Part shown: positions 10,809 to 20,478 of the stretch, in pieces
Position numbering within the stretch: position 1 is the stretch's first letter
Layout: each line of letters starts with the position of its first letter
Source of the DNA: an uncultured bacterium
Lineage (GTDB): Bacteria > Patescibacteriota > Minisyncoccia > Phycocordibacterales > PALSA-1337
Direction of reading: 5' to 3'
Assembly: GCA_903846945.1 (NCBI GenBank)
Contig: CAINCE010000073.1
Location: forward strand, 13,626-77,625
DNA length: 64,000 nt
Position numbers and translations under genes: made by a program
The notes under the pieces: model-generated
What the model was told of the DNA's origin: nothing
What the model saw: only the letters and a program-made list of their open reading frames with translations
Database searches by the model: none

Positions 10809-11612
10809 ATGAAAATCATTTCTTGGAATGTAAATGGTATCCGTGCCGTTATAAAGAAAGGTTTATTTGCGCCATTTATCGAAAAATATCAGCCGGATAT
10901 TCTATGTCTCCAAGAAACCAAAGCGGAAAAGGGTCAGGTAGTCATAGACCTACCCGAATACTCAGAGTATTGGAATTCGGCTGTAAAGAAGGGTTATTCA
11001 GGTACAGCCATATTTACGAAGACGAAGCCAATCGATGTGATGAATGGCCTTCCAGATGATATCTGTGAGAAATATGACCTAGTCGCCGATGAATATGGTG
11101 ATCCTAGAACAGAAGGTCGTGTCATCGCTGCAGAGTTCGCTGATTTCTATGTAGTCACTGTCTATACTCCGAATGCCAAGGATGATCTTAGCCGTATTCC
11201 CCTTCGACACAACCAGTGGGACCCGGCGTTTCTGGCATATTGCCAGCAGTTGGAGGAGAAGAAACCTGTTATCTTCTGTGGTGACTTGAATGTTGCCCAT
11301 ACTCTGGATGACCTCGCTCGACCGAAGGAAAATGAAGGTTTGAAAGGATTTACGGCCGAAGAGCGCGAAGGGTTTGATAATTTTGTAAAAGCTGGCTTTG
11401 TAGATACATTCAGGATGTTCAACAAAGGCAACGGTCACTATTCCTGGTGGTCTCATTTCGCTAATGCTCGTGCTAGGAATATTGGCTGGAGGATAGATTA
11501 CATACTCGTCTCTGCTGCATTGAAAGACAGAGTGAAGTCGGCAGCTATTTACCCTGAAGTACTAGGTTCAGATCATTGCCCGGTGGAGGTGGTCGTAGAA
11601 TTGATAGTTTAA
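10809..11612 (+). CDS. xth: exodeoxyribonuclease III (AP endonuclease)
   Basis: MKIISWNVNGIRAV...LCLQETK...WWSH...SDHCPV: ExoIII/APE1 family motifs. Confidence 0.9.
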   Translation: MKIISWNVNGIRAVIKKGLFAPFIEKYQPDILCLQETKAEKGQVVIDLPEYSEYWNSAVKKGYSGTAIFTKTKPIDVMNGLPDDICEKYDLVADEYGDPRTEGRVIAAEFADFYVVTVYTPNAKDDLSRIPLRHNQWDPAFLAYCQQLEEKKPVIFCGDLNVAHTLDDLARPKENEGLKGFTAEEREGFDNFVKAGFVDTFRMFNKGNGHYSWWSHFANARARNIGWRIDYILVSAALKDRVKSAAIYPEVLGSDHCPVEVVVELIV

Positions 11613-11686
11613 TTTATTTCCAGGTGCATAGAATAAAACCCACCAAAGCTAGAGCTATTGAGCTCTGCATTGATGGGTCGATGTCA

Positions 11687-12010
11687 CTACTTCTTGAGCT
11701 CCATTGGTTTGTGACCAAGTGCGCGATCTGTTCCCAAGCTTGCTTCTATAAACTTGCGGAAACTGTCCTTTGGTATCTGAAACATTGCACGTATCATTGG
11801 GGCTGTCTTTTCCATGTAAAGATTCGATGTGGAAACCTGTAGTATGAGTGCCAGCTTCTTGAAATGAACCTCTGGCAATTCTCCGCGTTGTTCGGCTTTT
11901 TGAAGTGCAAGCCTAGTAACACCTATAGCAAATGCAATATCTGCTTGGGTAAGGCCGAGCTCCACTCTTCTATCTTTCAAGAAGGATGTTGGGTATTTAA
12001 TTTTTGGCAT
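11687..12010 (-). CDS. XRE-family helix-turn-helix transcriptional regulator
   Basis: 107 aa; LGLTQADIAFAIGVTRLALQKAE HTH. Confidence 0.55.
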   Translation of the reverse strand: MPKIKYPTSFLKDRRVELGLTQADIAFAIGVTRLALQKAEQRGELPEVHFKKLALILQVSTSNLYMEKTAPMIRAMFQIPKDSFRKFIEASLGTDRALGHKPMELKK

Positions 12011-12653
12011 AAAACGTAGAACGATTTTTGGTCAGTTGGCTGAATCTGTCTCGTACGCTAACATAACGACACTATATTGTCAAACGTTACGTAATGATTT
12101 ATTGTATCGAAAAGGCCGCGAATGGACCGAGAAATGGTGCAATACGCGGCCTACTTGTGAAGCTGCGAAGAACGAAAGAGCAATGAGGCAGACCGCCTCG
12201 TTTTTGATTCCAAAATGGCGGAATCAATGTCATCTGGGACTGTTCCTTTTATAAGGTGTCAGTGTGCAGTATTCTTCTATAGATTGGCTGTCCGGAAGGA
12301 CGCCTTGAAATTTGTGAAAGAAAATGCAGTGACATATCCTCAGCAACAGAGCGATGAGAAAAAATGTTCTTCACGGCTTCTAACTAACCCGTACTAGTGT
12401 GAAGCCTACCCATAAGTTGTGTAAAGAACATTTAACTTGTTTCGATTGTGAGAACAATATTTCCGAAAAAATTTTCAGAGACATTATTCTCACAATCACC
12501 TCGGATAACAAATTGAATCTGGGATAAGTATATGTCCTTTATAAATGTCTGTAAAGGACATGCCTGTGGATAACTTTTTTTATAAAGGACACAATGTAAT
12601 ACACATACATGGATTCCCGCGTAGGCGGGAATGACAAGCCAAAGGACGCAATG

Positions 12654-14141
12654 CTAATTTACATTGTGTTTACTATGTATTTCGGAGATGAGTTTTTCTT
12701 CTTCTAACTCTTTTCTTTCTTTTCCCTTCTCGGACAATGCTCGCAAATCGGTTTCGGAAAGAGAATTCATTTCTTTTGTGCGCTTGGTTAGGTATTCTTC
12801 TGTATTCAATTTCGGATCGTCCAAAACCTCTTCTAGTAGTGCACTCAAGATCATCCCGATCTTTGGTCCAGGGGTTATGTTGAGAACCTGCATGATTCCC
12901 TTCCCATCAATCTTCAACATAGTCACAGATACTGGATCCATGAGAGCTTGATCTATCATCGCCTTGTATTTGCGTAGTCTGAATGGGTTTTCCTTGGGTC
13001 TACCAGTGCCTATGCGGTCACAAGCCCTCAGATTCATCAGGTCCCAGATGTTTTCACGGCCAACATTGACCACCATACGACGGACCGCGGAAAGACTAAT
13101 CATTGCTGTATCAGCGAAAAACATATGCCAACGCACGAGTTTAGTCACTTTTTCGATGGTTACACGTGAAAACTTCATTCTTTCGAGGATTTTACGTGTT
13201 TCACGTGAACCAACTACTTCGTGGCCGTAAAACGTCGGTTGCTGTGTTTCACGTGAAAAACCCTTTGTCTGTGGCTTTGCAATATCATGAAATAGAGCCG
13301 CCAAACGGATTTCTAGGTCCCATTTACGGTCTGCGGCATGCTGGACACTACGGATGAGGTGGTTCCAGACGTCATATGTGTGAGCTTGTGGCTGTTCGAC
13401 CCCAATTCCCCTCTCGAGTTCTGGAACGATGTATTGTAATAGGCCAGCGTCATGTAACATCAAGAGTCCATTCATAGGACTGTCGGACGTGATGATCTTG
13501 GTGAATTCATCACGAACTCGCTCTACCGAGACACCTTTTATGAACGAGTTCTGGCTCTGTATAGCCTTCATGGTATCTCTGTTACACGTGAAATCTAATT
13601 CTACAGCGAGTCGGATGGCACGCATCATGCGTAGGGCGTCCTCGTTGAAGCGGTCACGAGGCGCACCTACTGTTCTGATAGATTTGTCCTTTATGTCTGC
13701 AAATCCTCCGTATAAGTCGATTATGTCCTTTATAGCCCCATTGGAAAGAGACACCGCGATCGCATTTACTGTAAAGTCGCGTCTCATGAGATCGTCCTCT
13801 ATTTTGTCGCTAAAGTTCACTACATCTGGATGTCTGCGGTCTGAATACCCTTTTTCCATACGATATGGTGTGACTTCGATGTTTTTCAGTGTTTTTTCTT
13901 CAGTTTCCTCATTTATCACGCAAACCGTTCCAAAAGTGTTCTCGTATACAGTTTTTACGAATAATGCCTGGATCTGCTCTGGTTTTGCGTTGGTCGTAAC
14001 ATCCCAGTCTTTTGGCGCTCTACCTAAGAATAGATCACGAACGCATCCTCCGACGAGATAAGCCTGAAAACCGCCCTTTTCAAGGGTTTCCACGACAGTG
14101 ATGACTTCGGATGGAATTGTACTGCTTTTTACGGCTTTCAT
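12654..14141 (-). CDS. cca: CCA tRNA nucleotidyltransferase with HD domain
   Basis: 495 aa; FQAYLVGGCVRDLFLGRAPKDWDVTT polymerase-beta head plus HD domain (LFHDIAKP). Confidence 0.9.
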   Translation of the reverse strand: MKAVKSSTIPSEVITVVETLEKGGFQAYLVGGCVRDLFLGRAPKDWDVTTNAKPEQIQALFVKTVYENTFGTVCVINEETEEKTLKNIEVTPYRMEKGYSDRRHPDVVNFSDKIEDDLMRRDFTVNAIAVSLSNGAIKDIIDLYGGFADIKDKSIRTVGAPRDRFNEDALRMMRAIRLAVELDFTCNRDTMKAIQSQNSFIKGVSVERVRDEFTKIITSDSPMNGLLMLHDAGLLQYIVPELERGIGVEQPQAHTYDVWNHLIRSVQHAADRKWDLEIRLAALFHDIAKPQTKGFSRETQQPTFYGHEVVGSRETRKILERMKFSRVTIEKVTKLVRWHMFFADTAMISLSAVRRMVVNVGRENIWDLMNLRACDRIGTGRPKENPFRLRKYKAMIDQALMDPVSVTMLKIDGKGIMQVLNITPGPKIGMILSALLEEVLDDPKLNTEEYLTKRTKEMNSLSETDLRALSEKGKERKELEEEKLISEIHSKHNVN

Positions 14142-14219
14142 AGCATTATTCTACAATAATTTGGGATTTTTTCCAATGTGCGCTATGATTTACTCGTTCT
14201 GCATTTGTCGCGCATATAT

Positions 14220-14291
14220 GCCCTCGTGGTGAAATGGATATCATTACTGTCTTCGGAACAGTCGTTGGGGGTTCGAATCCCTCCGGGGGCA
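14220..14291 (+). tRNA. tRNA-Arg (anticodon TCG)
   Basis: Hand-folded 72-nt cloverleaf: acceptor GCCCTCG/CGGGGGC, D-loop with GG, anticodon stem ACTGT/ACAGT, loop CTTCGGA, T-arm GGGGG-TTCGAAT-CCCTC, discriminator A; no encoded CCA (ACAA follows). Confidence 0.75.
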
Positions 14292-14471
14292 CAAATCAAT
14301 AGGTCCGCTAGCGAGCCAACTGCTTGGCTCGCGTCTATGGATTCGAAAAGTCTGAGCATATTTCCAGCCATTTGGGTGGCTGGAAATGCGAAGACTGTAC
14401 CGTTCCCGTAGGGAAAGAATCCCGTAAGGAGGCGGGGTCGCAGGCGAGCATAGCAATGCGAGACCTGTGAC

Positions 14472-14490
14472 CGAATCCCTCCGGGGGCAC
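14472..14490 (+). repeat. 19-nt exact copy of the tRNA-Arg 3' end (cgaatccctccgggggcac), here followed by CA giving CACCA
   Basis: Identical to 14274..14292; no cloverleaf can be built around it, so it is a fragment or att-like direct repeat. Confidence 0.7.
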
Positions 14491-14787
14491 CAAAGGCCAC
14501 TTCTTGTTTCCTAATTCGCTTTGCTCATAAGGAAACAATAGACTTGTCCCGTAATAAGCAGATTTTGAATGATTCATGGCTATGTTAAGCCACATATTGA
14601 TAATTCTTAAAATTTGTCAATTTTACGGCTAAGGTAAGCCCTGATAAGTGGTTTTTTCCTTATTAGGGGACTTGTCTAATGTCGGGCACCCATTTCTTTC
14701 ACGTGAAACATCGAATCACTAGGTTTCATAATATGGCCCAATTATTCCCTCTTGAAAGTGAACAACTGCTAGTATATAATACAAGGC

Positions 14788-15525
14788 ATGCGAAAAGATA
14801 GAGAACAAGCTACAGTCCTTAGGAAGTCTGGGATGTCTTACTCAGACATCATTGCTCGTATGAGTGTACCTAGGAGTACTTTGTCGAAGTGGTTCCATGA
14901 CCAGAAGTGGTCAAATGATATCGCAATAGAAAGTGCTACTAGGGCAAGGAATAGTGGGGCGATCAGGTTCGCTGTTTTGAACACGGTTCGAAAGGGTCGT
15001 CTAGATAATCTACGCAAACAGGCGAGGCAAGATGCATTGCTAGATTTCGAGGATTTGAAATATCATCCACTATTTCTCGCTGGAGTTATGGCGTACTGGA
15101 TGCATGGTGATATAAAGTCCCCAAATAGGGTAAGTTACTCGAGTACTGATCCTGACAAGATCAGACTATTCAAATCGTTCCTAGAGAAGATCTGTGGCAT
15201 TGAGAAGCCTAAGGTGTGGATCAACCTCCCGAGAGGGAATTTAACATTTTTGGCAGAGTCATTTTGGGCAGAAAAGTGCAGTATGAGTGTGGATGACCTT
15301 GGAAAAACTATGATTTCTGGCGGATTTGATGGTTTTCCCAGTGGAAACACAACGATTTCAACTGATTCAAAGAGACAAAGGGTCATAAAGATGGGGAATA
15401 ATCACGGAGTTTGCAATATGGTTGTAAATAGTGCATACTTGAAAAATAAATTTTTGAAATGGGTGGAACTTTTGAAGGATGATCTGCTGAATGAGAGGTA
15501 TTTGAACGATGTTTCACAAATTTAG
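14788..15525 (+). CDS. hypothetical protein with N-terminal resolvase-type HTH
   Basis: 245 aa; LRKSGMSYSDIIARMSVPRSTLSKW HTH; weak LAGLIDADG-like stretch FLAGVMAYWMHGDIK (not confident). Lies between tRNA-Arg and tRNA-Gly. Confidence 0.4.
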   Translation: MRKDREQATVLRKSGMSYSDIIARMSVPRSTLSKWFHDQKWSNDIAIESATRARNSGAIRFAVLNTVRKGRLDNLRKQARQDALLDFEDLKYHPLFLAGVMAYWMHGDIKSPNRVSYSSTDPDKIRLFKSFLEKICGIEKPKVWINLPRGNLTFLAESFWAEKCSMSVDDLGKTMISGGFDGFPSGNTTISTDSKRQRVIKMGNNHGVCNMVVNSAYLKNKFLKWVELLKDDLLNERYLNDVSQI

Positions 15526-15578
15526 ACACGGTTCGTAGTGTAGTGTGTGAAAATCGAGTTCGAGAGTTGAAAATTCAT

Positions 15579-15649
15579 GCGGGTATAGTTTAATGGTAGG
15601 ACGCGTCCTTGCCAAGGACGAGTTGGGAGTTCGATTCTCCCTACCCGCA
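15579..15649 (+). tRNA. tRNA-Gly (anticodon GCC)
   Basis: 71-nt cloverleaf: acceptor GCGGGTA/TACCCGC, anticodon stem CGTCC/GGACG, loop TTGCCAA, T-arm GGGAG-TTCGATT-CTCCC. Confidence 0.8.
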
Positions 15650-15796
15650 CAATGATTCGTGAGCAGGCATGTTATGCCTGCGAATGGAACATCATTGAGA
15701 CGAGGGAGGGAGAAGCGAACGCCGGAGCGTGCGAGGCTAGTAAGCCGAGCCGCGAGGCGGTGCCCAGACCGAACGAGCGGGTAGCGAGTGAGAGTC

Positions 15797-15814
15797 GCGG
15801 GCGATTCTCCCTAC
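15797..15814 (+). repeat. 18-nt exact copy of the tRNA-Gly 3' end (gattctccctacccgcac)
   Basis: Direct repeat of 15632..15649; a second 13-nt repeat aatgattcgtgag occurs at 15650..15662 and 15869..15881. Confidence 0.7.
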
Positions 15815-16100
15815 CCGCACTACTTCGCAAATCAGCTAATCGCTGATTTGCTTCGAAGTGCAGGCACAATGATTCGTGAGGAATAGATGTCCTAAATAAA
15901 TGGCTTAAATTCGTGGAGTAAGGGACAGAACTGTGGATAAGTCTGTGGATAGTGTGTATAAGAGACGAATAGTATGGCTTATTATCGTCTTTTAGGTATT
16001 TTTATGCACCGCCTGCAAGCTAGCGAAGGAAAGGGATATTGGATAGTATGGCTTTATTGCAGAGCATTGAGCAATTACAAATTAATAGACCTTCAAAGTC

Positions 16101-16478
16101 ATGAGTACAAGATCAAAAGGAAATATCGGGGAAAATGTCGCTTGCATATTCCTTGAGAAAAGGGGATTCAAGATCGCTGTGAGGAATTATATGAAGAAAT
16201 GGGGTGAAATAGATATTATTGCTATAAAAGACAAAGTAGTCCATTTCTTTGAAGTAAAGAGTGTGACTTTTAACCCTGTGCATGACTCTGTATCTCATAA
16301 AGCTGAGGATAATGTTCACGGATTCAAAGTTAGACAGATCCGTAGGATGGTCGAGACATTCCTAGAAGAGACGAACAGGGGACTCGATGCGGAGTTTCAT
16401 TTTCATGTATTGTGTGTGTATTTGAACATGGAGACTAGGGGCGCGCGAGTGAAATGGATCAAGGATTTGGTTCTCTGA
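16101..16478 (+). CDS. YraN (UPF0102) family endonuclease
   Basis: 125 aa; GENVACIFLEKRGFKIAVRNY...GEIDIIA...VHFFEVKS matches YraN/UPF0102. Confidence 0.75.
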   Translation: MSTRSKGNIGENVACIFLEKRGFKIAVRNYMKKWGEIDIIAIKDKVVHFFEVKSVTFNPVHDSVSHKAEDNVHGFKVRQIRRMVETFLEETNRGLDAEFHFHVLCVYLNMETRGARVKWIKDLVL

Positions 16479-16570
16479 TTAGATAGCATGTCGGTTTGTC
16501 GGGCTCAATGAAGAATATTCAAACGGAAATAATTTGTAGAATCGCTATAGTGTGCTAACATGACAACATT

Positions 16571-16643
16571 CGGGGCGTGGTGTAACGGCTAACATGCCTC
16601 TTTTGGGAAGAGGTGACTCCGGGTTCGAATCCCGGCGCCCCGA
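16571..16643 (+). tRNA. tRNA-Pro (anticodon TGG)
   Basis: 73-nt cloverleaf with C1:G72 pair typical of bacterial tRNA-Pro; anticodon loop TTTGGGA; T-arm CCGGG-TTCGAAT-CCCGG. Confidence 0.8.
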
Positions 16644-16708
16644 CAAGGTAGATAATGTAAAATTGAACTTCCTCCACACTCTCCTACGCCCCCTCCGTCG
16701 CCGAGGCT

Positions 16709-17230
16709 ATGGAGGGCAAGAAGGCTTCGGAGGGCAAGAAAATCAAAATGGAAAGCTATAAAAAAATAATAAATTTCTTCGATAAGTTTGAGGATAGAGT
16801 TCGCGGACAGTTGAGTCGCTTTCCGATTCTGTACACTTTTATCGGTGGTATTGCCATCGTCTTGTTCTGGAGAGGTGTTTGGCATACGGCGGATATATTA
16901 CAGGCACAAGGAGGTATTTTAGGATGGCTGTTCTACGAACCGATAAACATGTTGATCGTTCTTGTCATATTGCTCGCTACAGGATTGTTCGTTTCATATT
17001 TCATCGGTGATACGATACTCATGAGCGGACTCAAGGGAGAGAAGAAGGCGACAGAGAGGACTGAGAGGGAGATCAAGGAAGAGGAAAAACAGATCCAGGA
17101 GGAAGAGGTGCAGATCAAGCAAGAACAGAAAGAACTGAAAGAAATAAAGGCGTCGATCAGTGACATGAAAGCGGAAGTTGATGAGATCAAGGAGATCGTG
17201 GAGAATGTCGAAAATCAGCATCACAAATAG
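16709..17230 (+). CDS. membrane protein with K/E-rich coiled-coil C-terminus, hypothetical
   Basis: 173 aa; two TM helices then a highly charged EEKQIQEEEVQIKQEQKELKEIK repeat region. Confidence 0.45.
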   Translation: MEGKKASEGKKIKMESYKKIINFFDKFEDRVRGQLSRFPILYTFIGGIAIVLFWRGVWHTADILQAQGGILGWLFYEPINMLIVLVILLATGLFVSYFIGDTILMSGLKGEKKATERTEREIKEEEKQIQEEEVQIKQEQKELKEIKASISDMKAEVDEIKEIVENVENQHHK

Positions 17231-17342
17231 ATTTGGTCCCTTACTAATTCGAGGATATTTTGAAATTACAAAAGACTTCGTGGCCAGTCTTGTTACAACG
17301 CAAAATTATTGCTAGCATTGACTTTGCTCTCAAACAAAACAT

Positions 17343-17413
17343 GCGGGATTAGTTAAATGGTATAATAACAGTTTTCCAAACTGTGGTTGGGAGTTCGATT
17401 CTCCCATCCCGCA
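17343..17413 (+). tRNA. tRNA-Gly (anticodon TCC)
   Basis: 71-nt cloverleaf: acceptor GCGGGAT/ATCCCGC, anticodon stem ACAGT/ACTGT, loop TTTCCAA, T-arm GGGAG-TTCGATT-CTCCC. Confidence 0.8.
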
Positions 17414-17497
17414 CTATCTAAATCGTATTTAAAATTTGAATACAAAAAAGCCGATCCTGATGACCGGTTTGCGTCTCAGCTTTCGTAAGCCCATGAA

Positions 17498-17929
17498 CTA
17501 TTGACTCGATTTTAACCACACCCTCCTCATCGTGGACCTCGTCTTTTTAAGAAACGGGTGCCACCTCATGATTTGTTGGCAGAGTTCCATTCGCCATATC
17601 CGGATGGTGCACTCATCGACATAGTCGCGCCCTGAAGGGAACAGGTGTTCGATGAGAGAGTGTTTTCGAAACTCGAAGAACGCATCACTCATCTCGATTG
17701 GCTCAACACCAGATCGTGGTAATCTCAATTTACGCACACACTTAGGTGTTATGTGCCACATATTTTTGCGTCGCTTTACTAAGCTCAAGATCTTCCGCCA
17801 CGCGCTGTGTGCCATGGGCATCATTCCCTCATCATGGGCTGTAATACATAGTAGTTTGATGAGATCATTCAACGATGGGTCATTGACCCCCATTTTCACC
17901 CTATCTCTGTATTTTTTTGTTTGCTTCAT
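17498..17929 (-). CDS. hypothetical protein
   Basis: 143-aa basic ORF between tRNA-Gly and hup; no motif recognised. Confidence 0.35.
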   Translation of the reverse strand: MKQTKKYRDRVKMGVNDPSLNDLIKLLCITAHDEGMMPMAHSAWRKILSLVKRRKNMWHITPKCVRKLRLPRSGVEPIEMSDAFFEFRKHSLIEHLFPSGRDYVDECTIRIWRMELCQQIMRWHPFLKKTRSTMRRVWLKSSQ

Positions 17930-18108
17930 AATCTGATGAACAAACTAACATATAAGGTGTTGTCGAGTAAAGGCGTAGATATACAAACAAAAAACCACCA
18001 TTACGGTGGTCTCTCGTTCTGCCTACCACGGCAGTATGGTCGATAGCAATCAGCAAAGCCATATGGCGAAGCTGGATTGTGTAAATAGCCCCGAGGAGCG
18101 AAGTATCC

Positions 18109-18381
18109 TTATTTTACTGCGTCCTTGAGTGCCTTTGCGGCGCGGAACTTTGGAACCTTCATAGCAGGGACCTTTATGGCCTCACCTGTACGAGGATTGC
18201 GAGCTTCACGAGCTGCACGCTGCTTTACTGAAAAGATACCGAGACCTGCGATAGAAACTTCCTCACCCTTCTTTAGAGAGTCGATGATGCTATTTACTAC
18301 TGTATCGACTGCCTGCTCTGCCTGAACTTTCGTTCCTGCGAGAACTCCATGAACTGCTTCTACTATTGCTGCTTTGTTCAT
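18109..18381 (-). CDS. hup: DNA-binding protein HU
   Basis: 90 aa from internal Met: MNKAAIVEAVHGVLAGTKVQAEQAVDTVVNSIIDSLKKGEEVSIAGLGIFSVKQRAAREARNPRTGEAIKVPAMKVPKFRAAKALKDAV. The track ORF is extended upstream. Confidence 0.85.
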   Translation of the reverse strand: MNKAAIVEAVHGVLAGTKVQAEQAVDTVVNSIIDSLKKGEEVSIAGLGIFSVKQRAAREARNPRTGEAIKVPAMKVPKFRAAKALKDAVK

Positions 18382-18577
18382 TGTTTTTTTGTTATTAATT
18401 AATAATTCGACTAATTGTTGGTCTCGGCCCGCCGCTCTCACAGCGGAGCGAGTCATTACCATGTGCTCTATTATATAGTAAGCCATATAATAGGCAATGG
18501 GGTATAAATGTGGATGGCTATTACGACACGAAAGTAGGTGAGTGGCAAAAGAGGGGAAATAATTATATTTCACGTAT

Positions 18578-19351
18578 CTAATACGTATCTTTTATCGAAT
18601 CAAACATGAAATCAAACATCTTTTCGAACGTTTCGCGTACGGATGCGTTTTCTATGATGGTGATGATAAGTCCACTTTTGAAGTCTGTTATCGACACTTT
18701 GTCTCCGTAAATGATGATTTGTGCTGGGATATAGAAACCATCTGGTATAGTTTTGCGTGTGACGTTGCGGGCCTTGTCTTTCTTTATCAATACGTCCATA
18801 GGAACATCCTCTCTCTTTGGGCCGATGAGTTTTACTTTGATGCCAATTTTCGCTTGTTTTTCGATGTGGGCGCGTAATATCGATGCGGTATCGATATCTT
18901 TGTGATCAAGTAAAGATCTTATCAGTTTTATATCTTTACCTTCGGCTAATATGTCATTATACATTTCCTTTAGTCCATCTGACCCTTCCAGGAATTGAAT
19001 GTTCGGTTTACCAGAAAGCAGGTTAAATTTGGAAGATAGTAAGCCAAATGAATCGTTAAATACAATGTTTGCTTGATCACTTGTTTGCTTTTCTTCTTCT
19101 AGGATGATCTTGATCCTGTTTGGGTGAACAGGGAAGAACATAGATATCTTTCCAACATCATCTCGCTTGGTAATGATACCCTTTTCGACCAGTTGAGCTA
19201 GAACTTTGTAGCAAAGTGCCCGGCCCAGGTTCGTTTTTGTCGAAATAACTCTGGCATTGCATAGTCCATTTTCAAGCAGAAATAAATATATCTTTGACTG
19301 CTCTCTAGTCAGTCCTATGTCGACAAGTGTTTTTTCATCATAGTTTGTCAT
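18578..19351 (-). CDS. TrmB-like HTH transcriptional regulator
   Basis: 257 aa; N-terminal wHTH (LTREQSKIYLFLLENGLCNARVISTKTNLGRALCYKVLAQLVEKGIITK); paralog of 28074..28853 in inverted orientation. Confidence 0.6.
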   Translation of the reverse strand: MTNYDEKTLVDIGLTREQSKIYLFLLENGLCNARVISTKTNLGRALCYKVLAQLVEKGIITKRDDVGKISMFFPVHPNRIKIILEEEKQTSDQANIVFNDSFGLLSSKFNLLSGKPNIQFLEGSDGLKEMYNDILAEGKDIKLIRSLLDHKDIDTASILRAHIEKQAKIGIKVKLIGPKREDVPMDVLIKKDKARNVTRKTIPDGFYIPAQIIIYGDKVSITDFKSGLIITIIENASVRETFEKMFDFMFDSIKDTY

Positions 19352-19442
19352 GAGTGTGTAACAGATTAGCTAATGATAATGCTCATATTTCAGTACTGTA
19401 TCACAATATAAGGAATATTGCACGCATTTAGGTCAATGAGGG

Positions 19443-19471
19443 TTGACAAATTCTGTCATCGTGCTATAAAT
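19443..19471 (+). promoter_or_regulatory. sigma70-like promoter candidate
   Basis: TTGACA (19443..19448), 16-nt spacer, TATAAAT (19465..19471), upstream of 19582..19965. Confidence 0.45.
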
Positions 19472-19581
19472 ATGCACAGAAACGGTGGATATGGGATGAG
19501 TATTTACTCGCCGCTATCGTTTGACAATTTAGGGGCATTATATAGGTGGCCCATCAAACTACCAGTTCGGAAAGAAAAGTT

Positions 19582-19965
19582 ATGAAGAAATTCGTTTTTA
19601 TTATGCAGCATACTCCCACTGCTGAACAGGTTACAAGGGCTAGTGAGTCCGGCCAGGTGGTTGAACTCTCGGACAAGAAGTTGCTGTTGGTGCCAGATGA
19701 CCTGTATCTCGATTACGCGTGGTTCGTAAGTCGGGCTGCAGATATTGTTGCGGCGGTCGGCGGCATCTGCCCCGGGGATACGGTACAGGTCATGGGCCAG
19801 CAGCAGTTGGCGATGGTCGTAAACGCCCATGCGCGGAGTTGTGGTGCGGAGCTGGTGGAGTCGGTGACTCCACGGACTTCGAAGGAGGTCCACCAGCCGG
19901 ACGGCACGGTAAAGAAGGAGACGGTATTCTCCTTTGCTGGATTTCGGAAACTCCACAACTACTAG
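19582..19965 (+). CDS. small hypothetical protein P1, paralog of 26786..27172
   Basis: MKKFVFIMQHTPTAEQ...LLLVPDD...GAELVESVTPRTSKEVHQPDGTVKKE; about 60% identical to the minus-strand paralog at the far end of the island; GC-rich. Confidence 0.5.
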   Translation: MKKFVFIMQHTPTAEQVTRASESGQVVELSDKKLLLVPDDLYLDYAWFVSRAADIVAAVGGICPGDTVQVMGQQQLAMVVNAHARSCGAELVESVTPRTSKEVHQPDGTVKKETVFSFAGFRKLHNY

Positions 19966-20005
19966 TTTGTGGACAGGTTGAAAGACCTGAAAAAACTTTC
20001 CTCCA

Positions 20006-20020
20006 CGCATTGAGTCAATG
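20006..20020 (+). terminator. hairpin GCATTGA-GT-CAATGC immediately upstream of HHR1
   Basis: Perfect 6-7 bp palindrome 3 nt before the ribozyme. Confidence 0.4.
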
Positions 20021-20022
20021 CG

Positions 20023-20075
20023 TTGCTTCTCGGAATGTGTATTCCGACTGATGAGTCTGAAAGGACGAAAAGCAA
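20023..20075 (+). ncRNA. hammerhead ribozyme, type III (HHR1)
   Basis: TTGCTTC / stem I TCGGAAT-GTGT-ATTCCGA / CTGATGAG / stem II GTCT-GAAA-GGAC / GAAA / AAGCAA; stem III 6 bp; predicted cleavage after UUC at 20029. Confidence 0.8.
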
Positions 20076-20153
20076 AATTCAGGACTTTAATATATTGGTT
20101 ACATACAATATTCTTCATAGTAACTTGGCGATATCATTTGTCGACAGCTTACT

Positions 20154-20342
20154 ATGAAGAAAGTCGTAGACTCCATCAGTGCAGCAGCTGCTGAAAAAGC
20201 AGCTGAGGCGACGAAGGAAGTACTCAGTGGGTTCAAGCCTGCTGAGAGGCTTCTCCTAGTCGGTCTCGCACTGATCGGACTCGCCATCATTTCTGCAGAT
20301 GGCGAGAAAGAAAAGCAGAAGGGTTCTAGGAAATCCCACTAA
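20154..20342 (+). CDS. small membrane protein, hypothetical
   Basis: 62 aa; one TM helix (LLLVGLALIGLAIISA); directly downstream of HHR1. Confidence 0.4.
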   Translation: MKKVVDSISAAAAEKAAEATKEVLSGFKPAERLLLVGLALIGLAIISADGEKEKQKGSRKSH

Positions 20343-20346
20343 ACAC

Positions 20347-20368
20347 GCTCGTATTCCTAGATACGAGC
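20347..20368 (+). terminator. hairpin GCTCGTAT-TCCTAG-ATACGAGC immediately upstream of HHR2
   Basis: 8-bp perfect stem starting 5 nt after the stop of 20154..20342. Confidence 0.45.
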
Positions 20369-20370
20369 AA

Positions 20371-20418
20371 CTGTCTCGGAATATCGTTCCGACTGATGAG
20401 TCTGAAAAGACGAAACAG
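20371..20418 (+). ncRNA. hammerhead ribozyme, type III (HHR2)
   Basis: CTGTC / stem I TCGGAA-TATCG-TTCCGA / CTGATGAG / stem II GTCT-GAAA-AGAC / GAAA / ACAG; stem III ACAG:CUGU; cleavage after GUC at 20375. Confidence 0.8.
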
Positions 20419-20478
20419 AGTAGTTCTTCACATATTGTATTCATGTAGCTTGCGTCTATATCCTTGGTCGCAGACTAC

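Noticed and set aside
14220-14490. Intron-containing or split tRNA-Arg using the second 3'-end copy (which carries CCA)
   Set aside because: The first copy already folds into a complete 72-nt cloverleaf with a proper T-arm. The sequence preceding the second copy cannot form a T-stem, and the intervening 180 nt has no group I core motifs I could identify.
19504-20118. 204-aa minus-strand ORF across P1 and HHR1
   Set aside because: Antisense to the GC-rich P1 gene and to a ribozyme; GC-rich regions generate long spurious antisense ORFs.
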